From positions 26,397,240-26,461,239 of the forward strand of contig OZ316894.1 of NCBI GenBank assembly GCA_973895155.1: a stretch of DNA of 64,000 nt, in the 5' to 3' direction. This document shows positions 44,913 to 56,796 of this stretch, piece by piece (within the stretch, counting starts at the first letter, position 1; each line of letters begins with the position of its first letter). The notes beneath the pieces are model-generated. The model ran no database searches and had not been told where the DNA came from. It saw only the letters and a list, made by a program, of their open reading frames with translations. Source of the DNA: Marsupella aquatica. Lineage: Eukaryota; Plantae; Marchantiophyta. The position numbers and the translations under genes were made by a program.

Positions 44913-47900
44913 TTAGAGGAAGTACTCTGGTGCTGGCTTTTTGGAAGGGACGCCCCTCGATTCCTGTTGAGAAAGACATCAGCACAGATGCAATAATAAG
45001 TTCATCACTGGTCCTTGCGAGCAAATAAGGCAGAAAGTGGCTCCACTACCACGCGGTTAAGGGAACTGACAAAGAACTGCTTTGAAATGTGTACCAAGCC
45101 TTCTAATTGCAAGACGTAACTGTGACGACAGTCCTAGGAACTTCAGCCCAATCCCGTTTAAAAAGAACTAGCACTGTCCATTGACAAATGAGCCCGTCCA
45201 CTGGCAGGTGGAGAGCAGAGACAAAATATAAGAGGCCAGTATCTCTTTTACAAACTTCCTCGCACTAAACAACGTCGCCTGCAATTACAGTTGGCAGCTC
45301 ACCTGAGGAGCAGCTTCAAAAACAGTAAATTTTTTACCCAAGTGCTCATCCAGCTCCAGTATGGCAGCAACATTTCCGCATCTGCAAGAAAACCATTATC
45401 ATTATCAAATTGTCCAGGATATTGCTCGCCTCAGTACTAAGAATGGCAAATGAATGGCAGGGACCTTCAGCTAACGAATCATAATGACATAAATCGACTC
45501 ACAAGGGGTATCGCAAAAGACAGCTGCTTGTGCCCGAGCTGAACTTGCGGTAGAAATTAGTTACATTATGCTGGTCATGCAAGGGGTAAGACTTTTGACA
45601 GACTGGATGATGAACATCACACCGGAAGTCAACAAAGATGCAATGAACCTTGATGAATGACCTTAAATAACATCGCTCAGGAAAAAGGCGCTCTCAGTGG
45701 AACAATATATGAATTCCTGAGAGTGACACATGCCTGTAACAATAATTCGGAGCTGACCAGACTGTCACCACCTGGCTGTTAAACATCCACTTGTAGCCTT
45801 CCATGACAAGCTGATGGGCTCGACATATCAACTCTAACTTGTTTGTGTGATTGAATGTTTGAACGACATTCCCGCCAAAAAGATAACCAGCTCCTCTGGG
45901 GCTCAAACCCCAACCTTCAATCTCTTCAGGGTCTGACCACAGAAGGTCACACATGGCACCATCATGTGGCACTTCTTGTTTTCTATCCACGGTTCTAATC
46001 TGTAGCACAGAACAACCATGCGAACAATAAATATAAGTTGCCACTACAACAAAAGGACTAGGGGTAGGGGTAGGGGTAGGGAAAAGCTGCATGACAGGAT
46101 TCCAGAGATAGAGAGCCGTGTGGGCACTACGTGCGTAAAGTACCCATCTTGGAGATATCACATCATACCTACCTGATCCAATGTTGTTATAGAAGGAGAG
46201 AGCCCACCATGGACGCTGAAAATCCGGTTTTCAATTAAAGCTGATAGACTGCACAGGGAAAACACGTCTTACGTGTAAGCATTGACCTTCAGCTTCATGA
46301 AACACAAGATTAGCCTCACAGAGACTCTATGATGACAACAAGTACAGACGGGACTGAACGCCAAGACTAAATCTCTACTACACTAACAAACGTTGATGGG
46401 TCAGTTCGAACCTTAAATAGTCAAAGATGTCGGTACAGTATCTCCAAACATTCACCGAGCCGTACTTTCGAAGACATTCATCATAGAATCCATATACCTA
46501 AACATCATGAGCACATAGTCAGAAACCTGAATACAGCAGAAAACAAGGAAAAACGAGCACAACAGTTGAGTGCAAGCAACGAAACATATCCCTCAAATCA
46601 ATCGACCAAAATTAGGTCACCTGGGTGATTTGGCGGCTCTCGTGGTTGCCACGAATAAGAGTTATCCTGTCTGGATACCTGACCTGCGAAACAGAAACCA
46701 GCAGCAATGAGACAGTGACTACAGAACTGCAGAACAAGTAAGGCAGGGACAGGAAAAGCAGGATACACCAAAGCCATCCAAGGAAAAAGGAGAACAAACA
46801 AATTCCGTCAAGCACATGACCAATATTCCAATCCGTTGAACATCCTATAAAACATAAATGAACCCATCCAGCGGGCCCCACCTTTAAGGCAAGCAATAAT
46901 AGAAAAGTTTCGACTGAGTAGAATCCTCGATCAACGAAGTCCCCCAAGAACAGGTAATTGGTTTGGGGGCAATCTCCCCCAACCTTGAAAAGCTCCTTCA
47001 AATCGTAGAATTGCCCATGTATATCTCCACATATCTGCAATAAGTGACGAAAAACAGGCGGTTGAGTACAAAATGCAACTCGAACTTTCATTCTGCCAGA
47101 AAGGCATCTGAATATTTTGTACATCTTTGGACCACATGAGCTAACCGAAGGCCTTGGAAGAATAAGCTCCATGTACCCCACGTAAAAGGGGTCTCATTTT
47201 GTAAAAGCTGGAAAATTGCGAGACAATAAGATATCAGGCTCCAGACGAAAGTTTCTATAGAATTGTGATGAAGAATGTGATCAAATTGCGGGAAGCCAAA
47301 GAAAATATCAATGCGTTAAGAAAATCGACCTCAGGGCTTTAGTGGTTAAATATAGGTGAAGTTAATGACCGTCCCGAGAGACTGTAGAGCTCAATACCTT
47401 CTAAACGTAATCTCCGATCGCTTCCTTCCACAAGAAGGGCTTAAGAGAGAATTTTCTTGTCTTACTGTAAGTTCTAATAATTAGAACGGTACAAATGTAC
47501 CAGAAACTTCCAAGCTTCCCCATGAGACCGCCTGATATATCCAGAGGCCAGCATGAACGTCGAACTGATATAGAAGTAAGTATACAGGCGAAGTCATGAA
47601 CGGAACCGAAAGGGTACCCAAGAAACTGAAAGGACGGATCAGTTAGATTCTACGTAAGGAATGCGTGCCAGGTCAGGAAGGAATCTCATTTACGAGCACT
47701 CCTCTGACAAGATGTGGGAATGAAAACTTCTAAACTTAGGTGCCACTGAGTTTAACCTCTAATAATAGATAGATCAGAAGGGTACCCAAATGAAGATCGT
47801 ATTATTAAACCAACAACATGTTATAGTGCATCAATCCTTCCCACAGCCCTAGGGATTTGGAACTTCAAATGGGTGTGCTATCGTAGTGACCTATCCTTGT

Positions 47901-48333
47901 GATCGAAAGAATTACTAATATTGCGAATAAACGGAAGAGCTGCACATATTCAGCGATGCTTCTTTCTCTTCAAATTTAACCATGCTTTTTAAAGCCCTAG
48001 TGGTTGCGACATGCCCCATGGGTAAGTTATTTCAGTGGTCCATTGCCGTGATCCAAGGAAACACTAACCTCTCTGAACGCTCGCAAAGGTTACTTCAATT
48101 CAGTAATGCAAGATAAAGCTGTAAATTCATTGGATGAAGTTGTCGCAGTCCAATCGACCTAATCCATGGAACTTTGACAACAAGGAACTTACAGTTACGG
48201 GAGCATCAACTCTCTGGACGTTGCTCTCCTCCACAAGAATCTCCATTGCCTTCATACATAGCGCCTTCACTTCGGATTCCTTCAAAGGTTCGCATCGTCT
48301 CAGCTGCTCTATCTGCCTATCCAGGTCTGACAT
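44913..48333 (-). CDS. PPX: Serine/threonine protein phosphatase PP4 (PP-X) catalytic subunit, 8 exons, 304 aa
   Basis: Exons 48333-48193, 47034-46882, 46683-46621, 46497-46412, 46248-46173, 45999-45734, 45381-45303 and 44963-44913 (915 nt). PPP motifs GDIHGQ, GDFVDRG, RGNHE and [11 protein letters not shown]; N-terminus [11 protein letters not shown] and C-terminus KKPAPEYFL match the PP4 subfamily. Confidence 0.97.
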
Positions 48334-49456
48334 GATGTGCTCCTCCCGTCAGTCCCCTCCTACCTTAAACTCCTGCACGACCTGAAGCGAATCAATCAAG
48401 ATGCCCACCCCATATCATTCCGAATCACAGCTGATGCGTCTCTCTGTGCCGAGCCTGCTACTGCTCCCAGTCAACCCATTGAGGTTCCGCCAAACCCCTG
48501 GTAGAGTGAACAGTCCACCATGAAGTTCACCTCGAACCAAGCCTAAAACCCTAAAAGCCGAAGAGGTCAATGCCTTCCACTTCAGTGAGATAGACTCTCT
48601 ATTATCCCCTTCGCTGATGCCAAGGTTCGGTACCTAAGTTGCTCTCCAGTGTTCAATTGCACACAATTGTTTTGGATCACATGCAGGCCTTTCATGCAAG
48701 ATTGTCGTGCTCTTCATGAGTCCTACCCACCCAAAGTTCAAAGTGCTGAGTCCCCATCATGCGCCTGCTTTTTACTTGCCGCCTTCTCCAGTCCATCAAG
48801 TACCCTCCTGCGCGTTAACAGATGAGCATCATCACCACCCCATGCCCTGCCCTGTCTTAAAACAAAATTGGGTCGACGCGCCACAACGCAAAACTCCCTT
48901 CCTTCGAGCTCAACAGAATCACCAGACTCACGATCCTCTCCTCACCCAGGCATGCACAATAATAACTACAGTAGCCCTACTACTCAACTCTGAAAACACC
49001 CGAATCTGCAAAACGAGCGACCGGCAACCGGCAAAAAGTCGAGATCGAGCGGGAGAACGGAAATGATCAAATCAATCAATTGATCGCACTCGTAGTCCCA
49101 GTCCTCCAACGGAAGCCGAAGCAGCAGCTTGGAAGTACTGTAAGTGCAATCAAAGCAAAATTGCTCCTCCCGACATTGGAAGAGATCTTCATCAGTGCTG
49201 TAGATCTCTAATGTCTCCTTTCCCTAACGATCTGCTTGTCGTGTGCATGCCCATGGCACTTTGTTCGATGAAGGGCGAATAACTGACAGTGAGATCCGCC
49301 ACCCACCACGGCCACCACACCCAACAGCAACACACCTCGCCACCCGAGCGCGGGCGGGATTTGTGGAAGAGAACGTATGAAGAGGAGAGTGTAAGACGGA
49401 ACGACAGCATTGTCCAAACAAGCCCGACCGCCTCTTGCCTGCCGTGCCACACAGGT

Positions 49457-50157
49457 GCCTTTCCTTTGGAGCCAACTACTGTACAGATTGGGTTAACTAT
49501 AAGCTTGGGTGAATTAATGGCCTTTCCTTTGGAGCGAACTACAGATTGGGTTAATTGAGGTTGGGTTACTTAATGGCCTTTCCTTTGGAGCCTGGTTTTT
49601 TGGCCTTGACGGGCATATTGGGGGTCTTGACCCCTTCAAAGAGTCATTCCATCACCCGGTTGCCTGGTCCCGGTCCCTCACCCACCTGGCCGGCCCCAGC
49701 CCCAGCCCCGACCCAGCCCCGACCCAGCCCCGACCCTGACCCTGGCCCGGCCCGGTCCGGTCCGGCCCCCACCCATTTTGACCCGGTCCGGCCCCAACCT
49801 TGCCGGTCTCCTGCCATTTTTGACCCGGCCTCACCATTTTAGACCCGGCTCGACCCCGACCTTGCCTGGTCTCCCACCATTTTTGACCCGGCCCGGCCCA
49901 GACCTTGCCCGGTTCCCCACCCACCCGACCTGGCCCCTACCCCAACCCCCACCCACCCGACCTCGCCCAGCTGCATCCCCGAACCGGGGGACCGGCTTGC
50001 TAGACCGGGGGAGTCTTGGGGGGAGTCCTGGGGAAAACTCAGGAATGGCTGGGGAATTAGTTGGAATATACATCAAATTGCTTGTTTTCGGCCCGTCAGG
50101 TTAAATCTGGCTTTGGAGGGAACTACAGATTGGGTTAATTGAGGTTGGGTTAATTAA
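49457..50157. repeat. ~55-bp tandem array (3 units; the third is split by a MITE)
   Basis: GCCTTTCCTTTGGAGC.AACTACAGATTGGGTTAA.T.AG.TTGGGT at ~49457 and ~49520, plus a third copy at 49576 that resumes at 50119. Confidence 0.85.
49591..50110. mobile_element. 520-bp hAT-like non-autonomous element with 8-bp TSD
   Basis: TSD CTTTGGAG at 49583-49590 and 50111-50118. Imperfect TIRs containing CC(T)TGACGGGC / GCCCGTCAGG. Interior packed with CCGGCCC/GACCC motifs. Confidence 0.75.
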
Positions 50158-51618
50158 TGTACAGGGTAATGATGGTTTGGGCTCGGGTTACTAGCCTGTG
50201 ACCAAAAAGTGAGGAAATGCTGACCGACGGCAGTTTTAGTGAGCTTTCTGGGAACAGGTTTCAGACTAGAACCCCAGCCCAAACAATCATTATTATATAA
50301 TCTTGTCCAGAAAAAAGATTATCGGGTAAGACTTTCCGGGCGCAGGGTTATGGAAATGGTAGCACCTAGTAGAAAAGTTTACACACAGACAATCTCTCTT
50401 CCTGACATGAATTATGTTCTTGTAGGAGAGCTTTAGCGCCAGGTTCCATGGGCCAGGCCGGGAGTGAGGAGTATAGATGTCTGTCATACTGTTTGAGCCA
50501 CTAATAAGATTGCAACTTTTAGAGGTACCTACCATAGAGGTGGACAAATATACTTGGATAGTGGGAATACTATTTCCCTCTCACCCCCTTAAATTCCCTG
50601 GACAGTAGGAGTGCAGGGCATTCTCCTTGGCTTTCAAGTCCAAATCATTAGGTGTTGAGTCCGCAAATCATACATATTGAATACTTTGTACACTTTAGAG
50701 TACAATATATTTGGGTCACCCCTTGCCCATAAAACCCAGGCCTATTGGTTGCAGTCAGCTCCTTTCTGAAGTTTTGTTTTTTTGAAAAATAATGTGAAGA
50801 CTATGTATGTATTCTAATCTCTAGCCCAATGCCACTGCATTGCACACTTCTGTCAAATAGAAGTGTTGTCAAACAAAAATGTTGACCTTGTGGAATTGTT
50901 ATGCAAAATTGTTACCCCTTTCTGATCTATTTCAACCCATTTTTTGTTCTCCCTCCTCCCCTCTGCCCAATTCTGCCCCCCTTTGCAGGTTTACTATAGT
51001 AGGTGGCATGCCACATTATGCAGGGGACCTAGGCTAGCAGGTTACCATTGGCATTGATGAGCTGTACAGGTATGGCCCTTCCAGGTGGCCCATTAGAAAA
51101 TTCTGTGAACTCCACTTTGACCAACAAAGTTAGTTTAGAATGGGCCCATGCCATGAATGACGATCAAAAAGGTCCTAACCAAAGTCATGGTTTGCTGGTC
51201 ATTGAAGTCCACGGCACTGGTTATGCGCTAATGCATATTTTACAGCGTCTCAATCTTTGTACTTCTCTTTTGTAGTCTGGGCTACTGACCATAATTTTTT
51301 TTGGCCAAAACTGCGGCCGACACATGGTGTTTGGGCATGCGTAACCAAGGGAAGGTGAACTTTGAGAGGGCTCGTAACGAGCCGGCCTGCCGTGTACATA
51401 AATGCCCGGGAAAAAAGTGTGGTCGCCAACTCAGTGCACTGCACAGTTTCAGTCTGTGTCCCACACTGCAAAGTCTCGGCCCAACTAAAAGCCCACATCT
51501 TTTAACATTTGAGATGACCTAGTAAGTTAAGGATATTTTGACCGGTTAGGATATTGACCTTCTGAAGTAATTTAAAAAGATAAAAGGGCAAAACCATGAA
51601 CAACGTTGGGGATGAGAA

Positions 51619-51790
51619 TTCTTTACGGACCCCACTAGAGGTCCCTTCCAAAATTCCTGGCACCACAGCATGCCACGTCAACAACAACCGCAACAAACAG
51701 GAACGAATTGGTCTCCACAATGAAATTATGCCCACATTCGTGTTTGCGACGGAATTTTGGTAAAACTAGGGACGCCATGCCGTAAAAATT
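51619..51790 (+). repeat. Dispersed repeat (probable DNA-transposon end), copy 2
   Basis: Homologous to 23671-23840 in the same orientation. Confidence 0.8.
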
Positions 51791-54535
51791 CATGTAAACT
51801 TGTTTTACAATTAACCGTATTATTTACCTTTAGATAACAAAGTATTGAAGTTGAGATAGACAATAACCGTTTTTTCAACCCCTAAATAACGGAATGCACA
51901 ACATTAAATAATAACAATAACCATTAAGTAATAAAAAAATTAAATGTGTAATCGAAAGTAAGCACTTGTCACTAGAAACAGTTAAGTAATTAACGTCCAC
52001 TACAATCCATCCCGCCCGCAATCCAAACTGTAAAACGAGCGCTCCTCCGCGCCACAACCTCTGCACGAATTCTCGTTGTTGATTTTGATGGTGATGGTGC
52101 GGTGAATGTGTGCACACGCAATGTTGAGAGAAACGAGAAGGTGAGAAAGAAGCTGCCCGATCGAAGATTCGATAACAAAGAAACCAGAAGAGAGTTCATT
52201 TCATAAGGACCAAAAGCAGGAAAAGCAACGATCGCAAACAGAATTGATAAGAAGAAACTGAAGAACGAAACGATCGAATCAGGAAGAGAAGGACTGCGAT
52301 TTGAACCTGAAATCAAAACAAAGATCAAAAGAGGCCATGGCGAAGTGAAAGTGTAAAGAGAGACTAACACAACGCCCTGAGGATCCAGAGAACAACAAAA
52401 AATTTAAAGAGAAAATTAAGGATCGAACAAGAAGATATAAAACGCTGTAGAAACACGATCGGGGCAGAGAAGAGCGGAAAGGCAGCGACCTGATCAGAAG
52501 AAAAAGGCAAAAGCAGTTCGATCAAACAAGGTCAACTTTCATTGCTGAATCCTTCTGATTTTGATGTCTCTCTTCTGATTCTCGATCGAATGTCGGACAC
52601 CAATGCCCTTCACGGGCGCTCGTTTTGCTTCTTCCTTGCTTCTTCCTTTTTCTGGTTGTCTTTATGTTTTCCTTTCGGCTCCCAGAGATTGCTTCCCCTC
52701 TGTTTCATTTCTTCAATTTTTGATCCCTCAGACAGTTGCTTCCGGATATGATCGTAGCCGAGATCGTAGCGCTGTCAGCGTTAAGGATTCAGAGTTCTGG
52801 AGCCAGTAGCAAATACTAACTCTATGTCCGAATATGGATGAGAGATTTTGAAAGATTCTGGGAGGGTTCCTCCACAGTGCGCAAGATGTTTCAGGCTTTA
52901 GGTTTCTGCCGTGAGCTTCTTGGACCTCTAATTGAGAATTTATGAGGTATCATCAGATGTTCCAGATTTGGCTTCATAGCTATACGGATTTAGGAATTTA
53001 CGAACCTCCTAGCGCTGGTCGAGTAGCCTGTGCTTCGGATGTTGGTTCTCAAGTTGTTCTGCTTAAGGGCTTGACTGTGCTCTTGGGCATCCAGCTCAAG
53101 CTCTGAACAGGGAGGGCAATCTTATTTGAGATGGCCGTAGTTTCTAGGCATCAAAATTATTCACGCTTCTTCGGCTTTATCTTGCTCGGTTGCAGAGACA
53201 ATCTAAACCTGCGACCTTATCAGATTTTTCAATAGAGGAATCAGTGGCCATCTCACCATTTTCATTTTGGAGATGCTTATTCGCTTCAGTTTCCTCTGAA
53301 TAGTTTGGACTTTTGGAACCAGATCAACCCCCTCTACTGCTCCTGTCAGAGTCGGGAATGTTCTTTTCGCTTCTTACACTCGTCAAAATTGAAATTGGTC
53401 TCTGTTATAAGCTTTCTCAAAAGAAGTGACTAGGGCAGAAGCAATAGGTGAACTGCAACCCGGGACACAGAGTACTGATACTAGACCGTCACAAAGTTTC
53501 CTAGGCCAGGCAAACTGAACTGTTTCTTACAATAAAAGAAATTTCGTTTATGCTGCGTTTGGTTCATACATTAATTGAAATTGGTTTCATGTGGGGAGTT
53601 CTGGTCCGCAAAGAACACACCGACCAGGCAAGTAGTAGTTGACCTTGGAGTTGCCTAAAATGAGAATACCAGACTGACATGGGAATGAGTGGGGTCTGAG
53701 TCGATAAAAATGTCTTAAACAACAGTGTCGCGAAGACAAACTACGAGGACTATTTGTCTCCACTTCCTCCATGCAAACAATAGCCACGTCTGTATTTTCT
53801 ACTTTCTTATGCTGTACTACATATGTGGTTAAACACATAGATTTGCATTGGCGACGTCAGTCAAGGAGTAAGTGGTGATGTCTGCCCACCCTTGAGCCAA
53901 TCGAAAGTCACCAGTGCCCCCAACAATGCTATTTCCCTCACAGGAGCTGCAATCCTGTCGAACCCCTTGAACAATTTCAGAACAATGTGTTGTATCATGC
54001 AAAAATAAATGACAAGTCCCAATAAAGATACCCATTGTCGGAAACATATTTATCTATATCAATAACTGTCTACTTTTTAACACATTTTTTATTTGTATCA
54101 ATAACTATCCACTTTCAATCTCAATCCAATAAAAACAGGTGGGGGTCCATGAACTAATTTTGTGGTAGGGGTGTAGTGAAAGAATCAGACCATTGTGACA
54201 CAGTTTCCAAGTCACATATTGAGCGATAGCTTTAGGGGACAATGTTTTTGGTTTTTATAAACATCAAACTGATCTATTAGAGAAGATTAGAGATTATAAT
54301 AGGAAAGGAGGAATAAAGGGAAAGTGGGCGGGAGATAGTTCCCCATGGTCGTAGATTGCTGCTCAGTGTTCACTGTTCGTTTCTGCGCAGGGCTCGCTTA
54401 CACCCTGAGCTCCATGATGATTCCTTTGCTTCTCCGTAATCGGACTGCTGCTCTAAGTTCGCTCCTCACTGCTTCTCAAGGCTTGGTGAGTGGTGACGGC
54501 CTGAATTGGGTCATTGTTGCTTCTCTGTGATGTGC

Positions 54536-54820
54536 AAGTAGATTGCAATTGAATTTGACTGTCGGACAGTCGTTGATTGCTTTCGTAACAATGTTAAATT
54601 CCATTGGAGTAGATTGCATCTCGACAGAATTGTCAGGCAATTGTCGATTGCGTCCTGGGCAATGTCAATCTTGTTTTTCTGTAGGAGTAGATTACAATTG
54701 GACTAGATTGTGGGCCAATCATCGATTGCTTTTGTGACACCGTTGATTTCATTTTTCTGTCAGAGGGAAACTGAATTGTTTAGGCAATGTTAAATTTGCT
54801 TCTTGTGGGAGTAGATTCAC
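54536..54820. repeat. Degenerate minisatellite, units roughly 70-130 bp
   Basis: Recurring (G)AGTAGATT, GATTGC and CAATGT.AA blocks, about four AGTAGATT anchors. Confidence 0.6.
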
Positions 54821-55352
54821 GCTGGTCTGGTCCGGTGTGGTCTCAAGGGAGATTATAGTAGGGCAGAGGTCGCACATACTGTCATGTTTTGAGTGTGAAG
54901 ACCCCTTGAGCAATGGTTTTCTGGAGTAAAAGTTTCCCTTTCGTACGGAGGTCTGATGCCCACAAAGCACACCAGCGTTTGCTCCCTTGTGACTCAGTGC
55001 AACCCCAAATTCCTGTTGAATTTCTCATAATCTGGACGTTCTGAACGAAGAATGCTAATAAATCCATTTATTGGGAATCTTGAGTTCGGTGATCGGTAAA
55101 TCCCTTTCAGACCACTGCCAAATGGAGGCCTGGAGTAAAATTGGCGGGGGATAATCCTGCAGTTGTGACAAGATGAAAGAACACTATGCAGATAGAACAA
55201 TGTTATTGTGAACGACCTCTTACTCTGGCCACGTTGTGGTCCCAGGTCGTCCATTGCTATCGTGTCTGTGATGAGAGATCTCCAACCTTTAGGATTCCTA
55301 CTCTAGGGAAGTTCCCTTATAGCTTGATTAGGTTGCGAATGGAGACGAGGGG

Positions 55353-56747
55353 TTAGTTGACAAGAACCCCTGCCATGGAGATTGTCGCTTGGCCCCTCAG
55401 CAAAACTCTCCCATTTTTTTTGTCCATGTGGAGGGAGAGTATTCCTCCTCGTTTCGATACCTGTAGTCAAAAGCATCACTTTGACAGGTGAGCAACAGCT
55501 TGGGCAGGGCAATACTGATTCGTCATTAGAGACATTGGTGGCTTGCAAGAGACTAATTCGAAGGAAACATCACGGAAATTTGGCTGCCTTTCATTTTATT
55601 TTTTCCGATAACATAAACAAAATCAGATTCACCGTTATGAGCAATTGTATAAGTAAGTCTGGTGAAAGATCCAGAAACCTGTAACGAACAATTGCTTGAA
55701 CCAATACGTCTAGCATAGAACGTACCTGGTGAGCCAGTAGATCATACTTTTCGCATCTTGATGACCAGTATGGTCCTAGTATACAATGAGCACTTCCTGT
55801 GACAGGATCCTGAACGGTAAAATTTGTTAGAAGTAAAGATGAGATCGTACACGTAAAAGAGGGACATATTGACGTACGTCTGCGTGACTTGGAGACCGGT
55901 ATTGGTGTGAAAAATCGCATCTTCAAGCCTGATGCAACCCTACCATTTGTAGAGGCGATTCATTACTCATCAAATATATCACAAGACAGCACATCAGTGA
56001 TCAGAGAATACCAACTCAACTCTCAACAGAATTCTGCCTTTTGATTTCGATTGATTACATCAGAAAGACAGATAGGGAAAAGTGACGTACTTCATTCACG
56101 CCAAGTTTTGGAAAGAAGCACCTAGACACAAAGTCGAAACCTGAACCTTCGCCTCCTGGAGCTATTGCAAGTAAGCCATCACTGTCGCAATTGAGCAATT
56201 CTTGCACATTTGGCCTCAGCTTGTCCATATCCTCCCGCGTTTCAAGCTCCATCTTCACAAAATTCCAAAGAAAGCCTGACTGTCGGACCAACTGTCTCAT
56301 ATGGACTGAAGGATACACGGGGAAGGATATTGTGTGTGAAGGGCGAGGTTTTCTCAGACACCCAATAGCTAAGAGAGTGAATGGAATCTAAGCCCACCTA
56401 GAAGGAATTCTGGTCAATGCTGAAGGGACAATTACAGGACCTGTGACCGACAATGTCTAAAGACATGCCCCAGTTGAAAGAGACTAAAAATGATTTGAAG
56501 TTCCCACAGACCCCATCAAGCCATAGTACCAACAACTGATGAAGACTTCCAATAATCGCAAGTCGCAAATCTAATGAAGTGTGCAGAAAACGCAGGTAGC
56601 TAACTAGACAGCAGTTTAAATCCCTCGTCTTCCCCAGTTGTCTAGAGAAATGATCAGCCGATATCTGAATTCAGTGTGACAAAGAACTGACGTTGATCAA
56701 TTTGAAATAGGTGTCCAAACTCAAGTCTGCACCTAGCCTCCTATGAA

Positions 56748-56796
<49 letters not shown>

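Noticed and set aside
49555-50104. Pro/Gly-rich ORFs on both strands
   Set aside because: They are by-products of the GC-rich repetitive MITE interior.
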